Numbered from the stretch's first letter, positions 7,853-16,937 are shown. The stretch is DNA of 55,629 nt from Parcubacteria group bacterium ADurb.Bin326 (GCA_002068915.1 MWBE01000009.1:1-55629), one strand, 5' to 3'. The notes: generated from the letters alone by a model not told the origin. Made by a program: numbers and translations.

Positions 7853-9369
7853 ATGAAATATTTTCTCTACGCCCGAAAGTCGACCGAGAACGAAGAACGC
7901 CAAGTCATGAGTATTGAAGCCCAGCTGGCGGAGTTGGCGGACTTCGCCAAGAGGGAAAATATAGAAATTGCCGAGACGTTCATCGAGAGCAAGAGCGCAA
8001 AGAAACCGGGTCGAGAGATTTTTAACAAGATGATTACCACTATTGAAGCCAGCGCCGAGCCGGTCGGCATCATGGCGTGGCATCCGGACAGGTTGGCGCG
8101 TAACATTATTGATGGCGGACAAATAATTTACTTAATCGACACGGAACGCGTGGTTTCTTTGCGCTTCCCCACATTTTGGTTTGAGCCAACTCCGCAGGGA
8201 TTATTTATGTTGCAGGTCGCTTTCGGGCAGAGCAAATATTATTCGGATAACCTTAGCGAGAACGTTAAGCGAGGCCAAAGGCAGAAGCTCAGGCGCGGGG
8301 AATGGCGCCATATGGGTATATAAACAACGCCAGTACTAGAAATATAGACATTGACCCAGTCAAGGCCAAAATCGTAAAACTGGCGTTCAAGGAGTTTGGC
8401 GAGGGCAAGCATACTTTGTCGAGCTTGAGCGGACGCCTGTTTGAACTCGGAGCAGTCGGTCGTACCGGCAGACCTCTTTGCGTGGCGGTACTGGCGCAGA
8501 TGATGCGGCAAAAAGCGTATATGGGGATAATCACTCGCAAAGGAGAAAGTTATGAAGGCAACTTTGATCCGATTGTTTCCTTGAGCGATTTTGAAGCCGT
8601 CCAAAAACGATTAAAGAGCAAGGCCAAGCCGAGGAAAGTGAAGAAAGGTCATAACTTCCCTTTCGTCGGACTTCTCACCTGTGGCAAGTGCGGAGCGGCT
8701 ATCACGGCACAATACGCGCATGGCCATGGCGGGACATACGTCTATTATCGTTGCACTAAACGGCTTGGCCCCTGCTCGCAAAAATATATCGGATCAAACG
8801 CACTCATCGAGCAACTGAAAGGACGGCTAGAAAAAATCGCTCTTAAAGACGAGTGGGCAAAGTATATGCTCGACGAAGTGACAAAATGGGAAAAAGAGGA
8901 AAAATCCGGCGGCAAGGAATTCGCCCAAAATCTGGAAATGAAGATTGTTGAGGTCGACAAAAAATTGAACATGCTCGTCGACGAATATCTTGAAGGCAAT
9001 ATTGAAAAAGAAATCTACCTAAAGAAGAAAGATGAATTGGTCAAAACAAAAACAGACCTCAATAAGAAGAGATCTGATTTTGGGCGAAAGGGAAACAATT
9101 GGATCGAACCTATGCGAGAATGGATAAAAGAGGCTAATCGCGCAGGAAATGCGGCTTTGTTAAATGATTTTATAGCAATAAAATCATTTGTGAAAAGAAA
9201 CGGAACGAACCGCCGCCTCTGGGGGCGGAAAGTCGGGTGGGATTGGAATTCTGATTTTAAATTCTTGGCTGAATTAAAAGAAAAATTGGGGGAAGAAATC
9301 GCTAAGCTCGCGCCTGAAGGGCGCGAACAAAAAACGAAATTTTTGGAAAGTTGTTTTATGTCGGGCTGA
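7853..9369 (+). pseudogene. large serine recombinase (resolvase catalytic domain, recombinase domain, Zn ribbon, coiled coil), frame interrupted at 8302-8323
   Basis: N-terminus YARKST(catalytic S)...HPDRLARN...KRGQRQKLRRGEW stops at 8323. The -1 frame continues MAPYGYIN...CGKCGAAITAQYAHGHGGTYVYYRC... One extra G after TGG (8303-8305) would give ...RRGEWAPYGY.... Confidence 0.85.
9205..9363. repeat. IR-B outer arm (3' end of recombinase ORF)
   Basis: Reverse complement of 7543..7701 with 1 mismatch (9300, G vs A). Confidence 0.9.
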
Positions 9370-9434
9370 CAGGACTTGAACCTGCGACCTCGTCGTCCCG
9401 AACGACGCGCGCTAGCCAACTGCGCTACAGCCCG
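9361..9434 (-). tRNA. tRNA-Pro (anticodon CGG)
   Basis: Hand-folded cloverleaf: acceptor CGGGCTG/CAGCCCG, D arm GCGC/GCGC, anticodon stem CGTCG/CGACG with loop TTCGGGA (U33, CGG, G37), T arm GCAGG-TTCAAGT-CCTGT, discriminator A. CCA is not encoded. Confidence 0.9.
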
Positions 9435-9584
9435 ATATTGTATTTTAAAAAACGCTTAACCTTGTGTCCCTGAAACAGCCGGCCTACTAGCCAACTGCGC
9501 TACAGCCCGATATTGTATTTTAAAAAACGCTTAACCTCGTGTCCCTGAAACAGCCGGCCTACTAGCCAACTGCGCTACAGCCCG
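9412..9584. repeat. 75-bp tandem repeat: tRNA-Pro nt 1-23 plus 52 nt of upstream sequence, two extra copies
   Basis: TGCGCTACAGCCCG recurs at 9421, 9496 and 9571 (period 75). Units differ by one base (cttgtg vs ctcgtg). Confidence 0.9.
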
Positions 9585-9587
9585 TGG

Positions 9588-10043
9588 TTATTTATTTAAA
9601 ATTTCATAAGCTGCAATACCAAAAGCAACGGAAACATTCAGGCTTTCTTTTATTCCCTTCATTGGAATATGCACTACGGCATCCGATCTTTTCAGTAGCG
9701 ACTGGGAAACGCCATCAACTTCATTGCCAACAATCAACACTAAAGGAAATTTTGGCTTAAATAACTTAACATTTTTACTATTCTTTGTCAATTCTAACGA
9801 CACCGCTTTAAAGCCACGTTTCTTTAATTTATCAATTAACTGCCAAGCGTTTTTGCAATGTTCCCAGGGCACAGAATTTTCAGCACCTAGCGATACTTTA
9901 AGAACCCCCTTTTGTTCGGGGGTTCCTGTTATTCCGCACAAATAAATCTTTTTTACTCCCAAAGCATCGCTAGTACGAAAAATTGATCCGACATTATACA
10001 GACTGCGAATACTATCACAAACCACATAAACTTCCTGGCGCAT
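9588..10043 (-). CDS. SpoU/TrmH-family RNA 2'-O-methyltransferase
   Basis: 151 aa with NVGSIFRTSDALGV, LIVGNEVDGVS and IPMKGIKESLNVSVAFGI motifs of the SPOUT family. Confidence 0.8.
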   Translation of the reverse strand: MRQEVYVVCDSIRSLYNVGSIFRTSDALGVKKIYLCGITGTPEQKGVLKVSLGAENSVPWEHCKNAWQLIDKLKKRGFKAVSLELTKNSKNVKLFKPKFPLVLIVGNEVDGVSQSLLKRSDAVVHIPMKGIKESLNVSVAFGIAAYEILNK

Positions 10044-10046
10044 AAA

Positions 10047-11405
10047 TTAATATTGCAAAACTGTTTTTACCTCCTTGGCCTCTTTTTCTTTGTGGAAAAT
10101 TACCTTCTCGACATTATAAGTGCCATACTTTGGAGCCTCGACAAATCCCTGGATGGCCGCCTCGGCCAACCAGCCGGAATTAAGCCAGTCCATCAGCCAC
10201 TCATTGGTGTATTTAGGATCTTCTTGATCAACTCCCGCACCGATTAGTTGCAACCACTTCTGATTGAAAATTTCCTGGGAACCGATTGGCGGGGCCATAA
10301 TTATCGGCATGCCCAGAGCACAATAAAAACAAAGTTCGCTAGGCTTGGTCCACAAGATATCAGAATTCCTTAGAGCTTTATTAAAAGCTTTGAAGTATTC
10401 GTCCTTGGACGATTTGAATAATATGTTGACTCCCTTACCAATTTCTTTTGACATTCTGGCGTGTCGTAATTCTTGCTTAAAGTATTTGGCCACTCCCTCA
10501 TTTACTCCGGCAACCAAATTGATCCTAACTTTTTTCAAAATTATGTCCTTCTTGAGACTTTTTACTATATCAATTCCCAATTCTCTCTGAGCTCCGGCTC
10601 CGCCAACAGCAAAAGTAATCGTCAATGGTCGAGAAGGATTTAATTTAAGATTACCTCTACCAACTTGCGAGTGTAAAGTTTTCTTATACTGAGAAATATA
10701 CACCTTCTGTGGATCTAATTGTATCAATCTCTTGCCAAGATCTTGTTTCAGAATTTTAAGGCCTTGACCTACGTTTTCTTCCGGCAAAGGAAACCCGGTC
10801 AAAATTATTCTCTCTGGTCTAACGCCATAAAGTTTGAGTCTCTCCTCTACCCTTTTATTTGAAGCCAAATAAATAATCCTGCTTTTGTGGGGCTCCGGCG
10901 GCACCCAGGCACGAGAAATATCGGCGTCGCAAAGTATGCAATAAATATCTTCCGGATAATTGAAAAATTCCGCCATCATTGCTGTGGCAAAAAAAGTTGT
11001 CACTAGTGGCAAAGGCTTTTTTGCTAACTTAGCAATTAAATGTTTACCCCAATCATTGTCACGGAACAATTTATACATCTGTCGCAACTGCATGTTGGAG
11101 TTAGACAGGTCGCGCTTGGGATAAAATTTAGGTATTGCCTGAACCTTATCATACAAATCAAAAACTTTCTCGCCAATGACCGGAACCATCTTGAAGCGAG
11201 ACACGAACTCATAAAAAACTCTGCTATTTTGCCAAATAAATTTATCTGACTTCGGTATTCCCGAATAGCTGTTGGCGGTAATTACGCCGCCTTGAGCAAT
11301 CTTGGAAAACGGATAAGCAGCTCTCTGGTGTCCATAACCCATATCTACGGTTACGACCCAGGCCTTATTGCGATGCTTCGATAACTTATGAATTTTTTTA
11401 ACCAT
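10047..11405 (-). CDS. putative glycosyltransferase (MGDG-synthase/GT28-like)
   Basis: N-terminal DMGYGHQRAA resembles the G-x-G-H loop of MGDG synthase/MurG-like enzymes. Two Rossmann-like halves. Assignment is tentative. Confidence 0.45.
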   Translation of the reverse strand: MVKKIHKLSKHRNKAWVVTVDMGYGHQRAAYPFSKIAQGGVITANSYSGIPKSDKFIWQNSRVFYEFVSRFKMVPVIGEKVFDLYDKVQAIPKFYPKRDLSNSNMQLRQMYKLFRDNDWGKHLIAKLAKKPLPLVTTFFATAMMAEFFNYPEDIYCILCDADISRAWVPPEPHKSRIIYLASNKRVEERLKLYGVRPERIILTGFPLPEENVGQGLKILKQDLGKRLIQLDPQKVYISQYKKTLHSQVGRGNLKLNPSRPLTITFAVGGAGAQRELGIDIVKSLKKDIILKKVRINLVAGVNEGVAKYFKQELRHARMSKEIGKGVNILFKSSKDEYFKAFNKALRNSDILWTKPSELCFYCALGMPIIMAPPIGSQEIFNQKWLQLIGAGVDQEDPKYTNEWLMDWLNSGWLAEAAIQGFVEAPKYGTYNVEKVIFHKEKEAKEVKTVLQY

Positions 11406-11443
11406 TGAAAATAATTATTACTACGTCAAAGATATTATAACAC

Positions 11444-11472
11444 AAAACCCGGTCCTTTAGGAACCGGGTTTT
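11444..11472 (-). terminator. intrinsic terminator after hup
   Basis: ACCCGGTTCC-TAAAG-GACCGGGT hairpin followed by TTTTGTGTT on the minus strand. Confidence 0.65.
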
Positions 11473-11491
11473 ATAAATACTTGTTACAAAA

Positions 11492-11773
11492 TTATAATAC
11501 AGCTTCTTTAGCAGCCTTGGCAACACGGAATTTAACAACCGTCTTGGCAGGAATTTTGATGGTCTCGCCGGTAGCAGGATTTCTGCCTTCGCGAGCCTTG
11601 CGCTGTACTTTGACCAACTTGCCAACTCCTGGAATAGTGAATTCTCCATTCTTCTTTACTTCGGTATAAGCCATGGAGGTCATGTTCTCCATTAAAGCGG
11701 TGACATCTTTCTTGGAAATGCCAGTGGCATCAGCCAAGGAGCCGATGATCTGAGCTTTGGTCATCTTAGCCAT
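11492..11773 (-). CDS. hup: HU-family DNA-binding protein
   Basis: MTKAQII...GEFTIPGVGKLVKVQRKAREGRNPATGETIKIPAKTVVKFR is the HU/IHF signature. Confidence 0.93.
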   Translation of the reverse strand: MAKMTKAQIIGSLADATGISKKDVTALMENMTSMAYTEVKKNGEFTIPGVGKLVKVQRKAREGRNPATGETIKIPAKTVVKFRVAKAAKEAVL

Positions 11774-12026
11774 AATCTTTGAGATTAAGTTAATAATTAT
11801 TAGGATTTACTTATCCACATAGTTAATTATAGTTAAAAAAACAAGCAAAAGCAAGGAAAAATAAGGTTTTTTGTTAATGGTAAGGCGTAAATAAAAGGTT
11901 TTTGATGATTTACATCGTATTGAAGATTTAACTAGACGTGGGAAAATAAATAATAATAATGTTTAAATTTAAATAAAAAAGCCGACTTCACAGTCGGCAG
12001 AAAACAACAAACCGCGGAAACGAGCT

Positions 12027-12377
12027 TCAGCAAGACCTATGTAATTCCTCTACTTGCTTGTTCCAGAATCTCTCAATGATTCCGGGCAAACCGACGCGCT
12101 GACCATCGCTGACCCGAATCCGCTCCCAATGTATCGTCTCCCGCTTCGCGTCTGTATACGCAAAATGACGCTCCGAGAAGTACTCTCCCCCGAAGACAAC
12201 AATTTGCATATCAACTTCCAACGAAGGGTGAAATTCATTGCGAGAAACCCCAAACGTCCAATGAAGCAAGTGATAGATGTCGTACCACAAGGCGCGAAAG
12301 CCCAGGTTCCAAAACAACACTTTGACCTTGTAGTAGATTCGTGCATCAATTCTTAGTCCCAGCACTTTCTTGGTCAT
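12027..12377 (-). CDS. GC-rich orphan hypothetical protein (116 aa from ATG 12377)
   Basis: GAAGGAG 8 nt upstream of ATG 12377. Terminator GCCGACT-GTGAA-GTCGGC plus a T-run downstream (11987-12010). 33/60 G+C in line 12061-12120. Confidence 0.5.
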   Translation of the reverse strand: MTKKVLGLRIDARIYYKVKVLFWNLGFRALWYDIYHLLHWTFGVSRNEFHPSLEVDMQIVVFGGEYFSERHFAYTDAKRETIHWERIRVSDGQRVGLPGIIERFWNKQVEELHRSC

Positions 12378-12443
12378 TTTCTCTTCTCCTTCTGTTGTAA
12401 TCGCCACGGGTTGTAAAAAAAGGTTCTAACTATATTTAAACCA

Positions 12444-14231
12444 CTAGGACACTTTCCTAGCAGCTCTTACTCTATCAACTTCGGTCAATAACTGCTTACG
12501 CAAACGGATTGATTTGGGAGTTACTTCCAAATATTCGTCCTCCGCCATAACTTCCAATCCTCTTTCCAAAGTAATTTTCCAAGGCGGAGTCAATTTGATG
12601 GCTTCATCGGCACCGGAAGAACGCATATTAGTGAGGTTTTTGCCCTTGACTGCATTGACAGTCATATCGTTTCCTTTGGCTACATTGCCAATTACCTGTC
12701 CTTCATAAATATCCTCAGCCGCATCAATATAAAGCACGCCACGATTTTGTAAATTATCCAAAGCGTAAGCGGCGGCCTTGCCCAGCTCGCAAGAAATCAT
12801 GGATCCAATGTCGCGTTTTTCAACGGCACCGGCATGAGGCTTGAAACCAATGACGCGAGTACAAAGAATGCCCTCGCCACGAGTGTCTACTACAAATTCC
12901 CCACGATAGCCCAAAAGTCCGCGAGTCGGGATTTCAAAAATCATCCTGGTCTGTCCTCCGGTCTGATCCATATGGACAATAGTTCCCTTGCGCTTAGACA
13001 GTTTCTCAATTACCACGCCGGAACAATCAGTTGGTACATCGATGGTCGCTTCCTCAAACGGCTCGTGCTTAACGCCATCGATTTCTTTGATAATCACCTG
13101 TGGTTGAGACACTTGCAACTCAAAACCTTCACGACGCATATTTTCAATCAAAATAGCGATATGTAATTCGCCGCGGCCGTAAACCTTATAAAAATCACCG
13201 GAAGAAAAATCAATCTTCAGTCCAACGTTAACTTCCAGTTCTTTCTCTAATCTTTCTTTGATCTGTTTGGAGGTAACAAACTTGCCTTCACGACCGGCGA
13301 AAGGCGAACTATTAACCAAAAAATTCAAACAAATAGTCGGTTCGTCAATGGAGATAGCTGGCAAAGCCTCCTGATCGGCGTTATTGCAAATGGTATCGCC
13401 GATAAAAATGTCGGGGATACCGGCAATCATGGCAATGTCTCCTGCTTGAGCCTCACTGACTTCTTCGCGTTGCAATCCCTTGAAGGTAAAAATTTTGGTA
13501 ATCTTGCCGGTAGTTACTCCGCCCTCAGCTTTTTTTACTGTTACGGTTTCGCCGGTTTTGATTTTGCCTTCATAAATTCTAGCGATAGCTAGACGTCCGA
13601 GAAAATCATCATAAGCCAAATTGAACGGCTGAGCGCGCAATGGAGCCTGAACATTGTTTTCTGACGGCTTAACTTTGGCCAGGATTACTTCCAAAAGTGG
13701 ATCGAGGTTGTGAGAAATATCATCAAGATTAAGTTTGGCTACGCCCTCGCGTGCCACAGCATAAACAGTAGTGAAATCTAATTGGTTATCATCGGCTCCT
13801 AAATCCAAAAATAATTCGTAAACCTCTTCCTGCACCATATCCACGCGAGCAGCCGGTTTGTCAATTTTGTTGATAACAACTATCGGATGCAAGCCTAATT
13901 CCAAAGATTTTTTCAAAACAAACCTGGTTTGAGGCATCGGTCCTTCCTGCGCATCAACTACCAAAATAACCGAGTCAATAGAACGCAAAACACGCTCCAC
14001 TTCAGATCCAAAGTCGGCGTGTCCGGGTGTATCAACAATATTAATTTTGGTGTCTTTATAGAAAAGCGAACCATTTTTGGAATAAATAGTAATGCCACGC
14101 TCTTTTTCCAAGGCATTTTGATCCATAGAAAAATCGGCCGACACCATGCCGGTTTGCTTGAGTAAGGCGTCAGTCAAGGCGGTTTTGCCGTGGTCGACGT
14201 GGGCAATAATGGCTACATTTCTTATTTCCAT
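12444..14231 (-). CDS. typA: translational GTPase TypA/BipA
   Basis: [19 protein letters not shown]...DTPGHADFG...NKID. About 595 aa from ATG 14231. The ORF-track start at 14282 is an upstream alternative codon. Confidence 0.93.
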   Translation of the reverse strand: MEIRNVAIIAHVDHGKTALTDALLKQTGMVSADFSMDQNALEKERGITIYSKNGSLFYKDTKINIVDTPGHADFGSEVERVLRSIDSVILVVDAQEGPMPQTRFVLKKSLELGLHPIVVINKIDKPAARVDMVQEEVYELFLDLGADDNQLDFTTVYAVAREGVAKLNLDDISHNLDPLLEVILAKVKPSENNVQAPLRAQPFNLAYDDFLGRLAIARIYEGKIKTGETVTVKKAEGGVTTGKITKIFTFKGLQREEVSEAQAGDIAMIAGIPDIFIGDTICNNADQEALPAISIDEPTICLNFLVNSSPFAGREGKFVTSKQIKERLEKELEVNVGLKIDFSSGDFYKVYGRGELHIAILIENMRREGFELQVSQPQVIIKEIDGVKHEPFEEATIDVPTDCSGVVIEKLSKRKGTIVHMDQTGGQTRMIFEIPTRGLLGYRGEFVVDTRGEGILCTRVIGFKPHAGAVEKRDIGSMISCELGKAAAYALDNLQNRGVLYIDAAEDIYEGQVIGNVAKGNDMTVNAVKGKNLTNMRSSGADEAIKLTPPWKITLERGLEVMAEDEYLEVTPKSIRLRKQLLTEVDRVRAARKVS

Positions 14232-14373
14232 GTGTTTTAGGTATAACTGGTATATTTTAGCAAATATTTTGTTTTTTGTCAAAAAAACTAATTGGGCTCA
14301 ATTTAGGCAAAATCAATAATTCACACGAGCGTGTGAATTATTGAAAACCGGCCCCTAGCCATTAAACCCGAAT

Positions 14374-14727
14374 TTAGGCTGTTTTTTTAAACTTAACCGT
14401 AAACATCGGTTCGTACTCGACCTCATATTCATCCTTAACTTTGACCGTCTCACCTTTCATTAATTGCGTCAAAGCGATGTCAGAGAGCATCTCCGCGTCG
14501 GACTCCAAATCAATCTTGAGATCATCCAGTCGAGTAAATTCCGAAGAAAACTGCGCGCGAATGTCCGCCTCAATTTGCTTCTTGCGATTGCGCAAATCTT
14601 TCAAATCATCACTCACCTGCTTGTGTTCGGCTGAATTTAGCAACGCGTCACGATAGGCGTCTTTTAATTTTTTCTGTTCTTTTTTGGTTTCGCGGATGCG
14701 CAAGAAAACTTCCTGCAAATTGGACAT
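14374..14727 (-). CDS. hypothetical coiled-coil protein (117 aa)
   Basis: Intact charged ORF. A 12-bp perfect hairpin (14319-14346) lies upstream. Confidence 0.5.
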   Translation of the reverse strand: MSNLQEVFLRIRETKKEQKKLKDAYRDALLNSAEHKQVSDDLKDLRNRKKQIEADIRAQFSSEFTRLDDLKIDLESDAEMLSDIALTQLMKGETVKVKDEYEVEYEPMFTVKFKKTA

Positions 14728-14823
14728 AATTTTATCTTAATTCTTTTTTTTAAATAATAATCAACTCAACGGACAAATCAAAAACCGGCTAAAGTAGTCG
14801 GTTTAAATCAACAACCGAAAATC

Positions 14824-16077
14824 CTATCGAGCGTCAGCCAGTCCGTTTCCAGAAATCAATTTGGTAATTATTTCGTTTCTTTCATTCATGCTAAGGGCAT
14901 GCAAAACAACAATAATTTTTCCATCTTTTTTGAGCGCAACATTGCGTTGGGCCTCCGTCAAAAATCCGGTCTTTGAGGCTTGCACTCCAAAATCCAACAA
15001 AGAATAGTTTCGATTGGCGACACTAACTCGCCTCAGAGATCCATCCGACTGCTCGGCCATAAAAGAATGATTGCGATAATTCGTTCCTACGGCAATGAAA
15101 AAATTATCAAAAGCTAATCGGGAGAACTTGGCAAATTCCTCCGCTGTTGAAATATTATCCGGAGAGAGTCCCGACATTTCGACGAATTTAGTTTTGGTAA
15201 GCCCTAATTCCTTAGCCCTCTGATTCATTTTAGCAACAAATTCTTCGGTCGTCAGGCCACTATTATCAGCTAAAATCTTAGCTGATTGATTGGAGGAAGC
15301 GGTCAGAAGGGCAATCCAAAGATCTTCTATCATTACTTTGTCCCCTGCTTTAAGAGGAATCTCGCTGGTTGTGCCACAAGCCTGCAATGTACAAGGATAA
15401 GCAATTTGCTCAGGAGTAATTTCTACGATCTTACTCCAATCAGGATCGGTTTCTACAAAAACTAGAGCGGTCATCAATTTAGTTAATGAGGCTAAGGGCA
15501 ATACTTGGTCGCTATTACGGCTTCCAGAAAAAATTACGCCATCATAACTGGTATAAGCCAAATTAGAATCAAGCGGATCATAAGTAAGTTGCTTGCTATT
15601 AAGCGACAGTGGCTTAATGGAAGCGTCAGATACTCTAGCTCCCAACACCTTGGCAGTATTAATAAACGATCGATAATTTCCGGCATAGTAAGCCAATCCA
15701 TCTCCCGGATTAACATAATAGATATCCCCCTTAAACTTTATAAATTTACCTTTGTACTTCGCAACAATTGTAGTATTTGATTTAGTTTTGGGATTTTTGG
15801 ATATCTTGCTGAAATCGGAGTTGGAAATATCTACAGAAAATAATTCTGTCAAAAGCTCAATATCCTTTCCGTCCCTAATCAAGTACCTCTCTTTATTTTG
15901 AGGATCGAAGTACCATAGCTTATTATAATTGTCTTTTTGGACAACAAACCTGCCCTGCAAGTCCCGCCTCACTGCGGTCTGAGCGCTGGCCTTCGCTGCC
16001 GCTTCTGCCGAAAATGGCGCCGACAATAAAATAATTGAAAGCGATAGCGTTGTTGCTAGAAATATTTTTTTAAACAT
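14824..16077 (-). CDS. D-alanyl-D-alanine carboxypeptidase (S11 family) with N-terminal extension
   Basis: Signal peptide, then SLTK (SxxK), SSN (SxN) and KTG motifs in order. Confidence 0.85.
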   Translation of the reverse strand: MFKKIFLATTLSLSIILLSAPFSAEAAAKASAQTAVRRDLQGRFVVQKDNYNKLWYFDPQNKERYLIRDGKDIELLTELFSVDISNSDFSKISKNPKTKSNTTIVAKYKGKFIKFKGDIYYVNPGDGLAYYAGNYRSFINTAKVLGARVSDASIKPLSLNSKQLTYDPLDSNLAYTSYDGVIFSGSRNSDQVLPLASLTKLMTALVFVETDPDWSKIVEITPEQIAYPCTLQACGTTSEIPLKAGDKVMIEDLWIALLTASSNQSAKILADNSGLTTEEFVAKMNQRAKELGLTKTKFVEMSGLSPDNISTAEEFAKFSRLAFDNFFIAVGTNYRNHSFMAEQSDGSLRRVSVANRNYSLLDFGVQASKTGFLTEAQRNVALKKDGKIIVVLHALSMNERNEIITKLISGNGLADAR

Positions 16078-16091
16078 TGCCTTGATTTTTA

Positions 16092-16937
16092 TTATAATTG
16101 CGAACCAAGCGGCATAATATTTGACCCGTCAAGAAAGTTGACATCCACATCTATCGTAGTGCCGTCGATGCCGGGCAATTCTTGAAGCCAATTAATTTCT
16201 ACAACCCTTCTCTCCCCCGCCTTGATAGCGGAAAGCGGAGCACGATTTATAGAAATAAGATTGCCCCCGCTATAGAGCCCGACAATAACCCAAGCATCCC
16301 AATAACCATAAGGAGAATCATTGATAACTTCAAATCTGACACGGCTGGGATCGCCGACTTTAGCTGAAGGAAAAAACTCCTGATTCTCTATGACAAAACG
16401 ATAATGCGCTTCCTTGAACTCCTCGTACTGAAAAATTCGTCTCCACTTAATATTACTAATCTCCAAGCTAGCCTCCGGGGACGACCCACCCAAATCCATC
16501 AGATATTTTGCCTCTCCCGGCAAAACAAAGCCCTTCTGGGTTATGGAAGAAGTAGAAATCGAACGAAAATTATAATCAAATTCTACCAGCCAGCCGGGAT
16601 TGGGATTTTTAATCTCCGCCGCCAAATCAAAAGTTCCATCAACGCCCGGAAAAGATAAGTTGCCACTCAAATCGATGGAGTTAGGAGTTGCCGACTCGGC
16701 AGACCAAGAAGTGTCGGCGGGAGAGAAGAGAGACTGCTTAGCCTGATTGTCTATTCTTTCAAAATCTAATAGGAATATAAGCAAGCCAACAAAAACATAA
16801 AGCCAGAATATAATGGAAGCAACTATCAAACAGATGATAGCTACCTTCCTTAGCAACAATTTGTTGATGACATACCAATAGCTGAATTTTAGTTGCTTAT
16901 CGGTAAGCCCACTGGTTGGCAATTTAATTTCTTCCAT
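16092..16937 (-). CDS. membrane-anchored hypothetical protein (281 aa)
   Basis: One TM region (VAIICLIVASIIFWLYVFVGLLIFLL), then a beta-rich domain. Confidence 0.5.
   Translation of the reverse strand: MEEIKLPTSGLTDKQLKFSYWYVINKLLLRKVAIICLIVASIIFWLYVFVGLLIFLLDFERIDNQAKQSLFSPADTSWSAESATPNSIDLSGNLSFPGVDGTFDLAAEIKNPNPGWLVEFDYNFRSISTSSITQKGFVLPGEAKYLMDLGGSSPEASLEISNIKWRRIFQYEEFKEAHYRFVIENQEFFPSAKVGDPSRVRFEVINDSPYGYWDAWVIVGLYSGGNLISINRAPLSAIKAGERRVVEINWLQELPGIDGTTIDVDVNFLDGSNIMPLGSQL

Larger units (their letters stand above)
3464..9363. mobile_element. putative integrated serine-recombinase element / composite island at tRNA-Pro
   Basis: Bounded on the right by the recombinase-end|tRNA junction (TCG 9361-9363) and on the left by the flank|IR-A junction (TCG 3464-3466). 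Contains recombinase, TA module, XRE and decayed ORFs. Extent is an inference. Confidence 0.5.

Noticed and set aside
8282-8323. Programmed -1 ribosomal frameshift in the recombinase gene
   Set aside because: There is no X XXY YYZ slippery heptamer or downstream structure at the overlap (CGC GGG GAA TGG CGC). A single-G loss after TGG explains it more simply.
9412-9584. Possible CRISPR array
   Set aside because: The whole 75-bp unit repeats, including the would-be spacer, and the unit contains a tRNA fragment. There are no unique spacers and no cas genes.
11398-11669. ORFs 11398..11649 (minus) and 11481..11669 (plus)
   Set aside because: They overlap the hup coding region and its terminator in other frames. 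hup is strongly supported.
14232-14282. N-terminal extensions suggested by the ORF track (typA 14282, rplE 27161)
   Set aside because: The conserved N-termini ([17 protein letters not shown]; MKSRFYKK...) begin at internal ATGs. The upstream codons are alternative starts overlapping intergenic or neighbouring-gene sequence.
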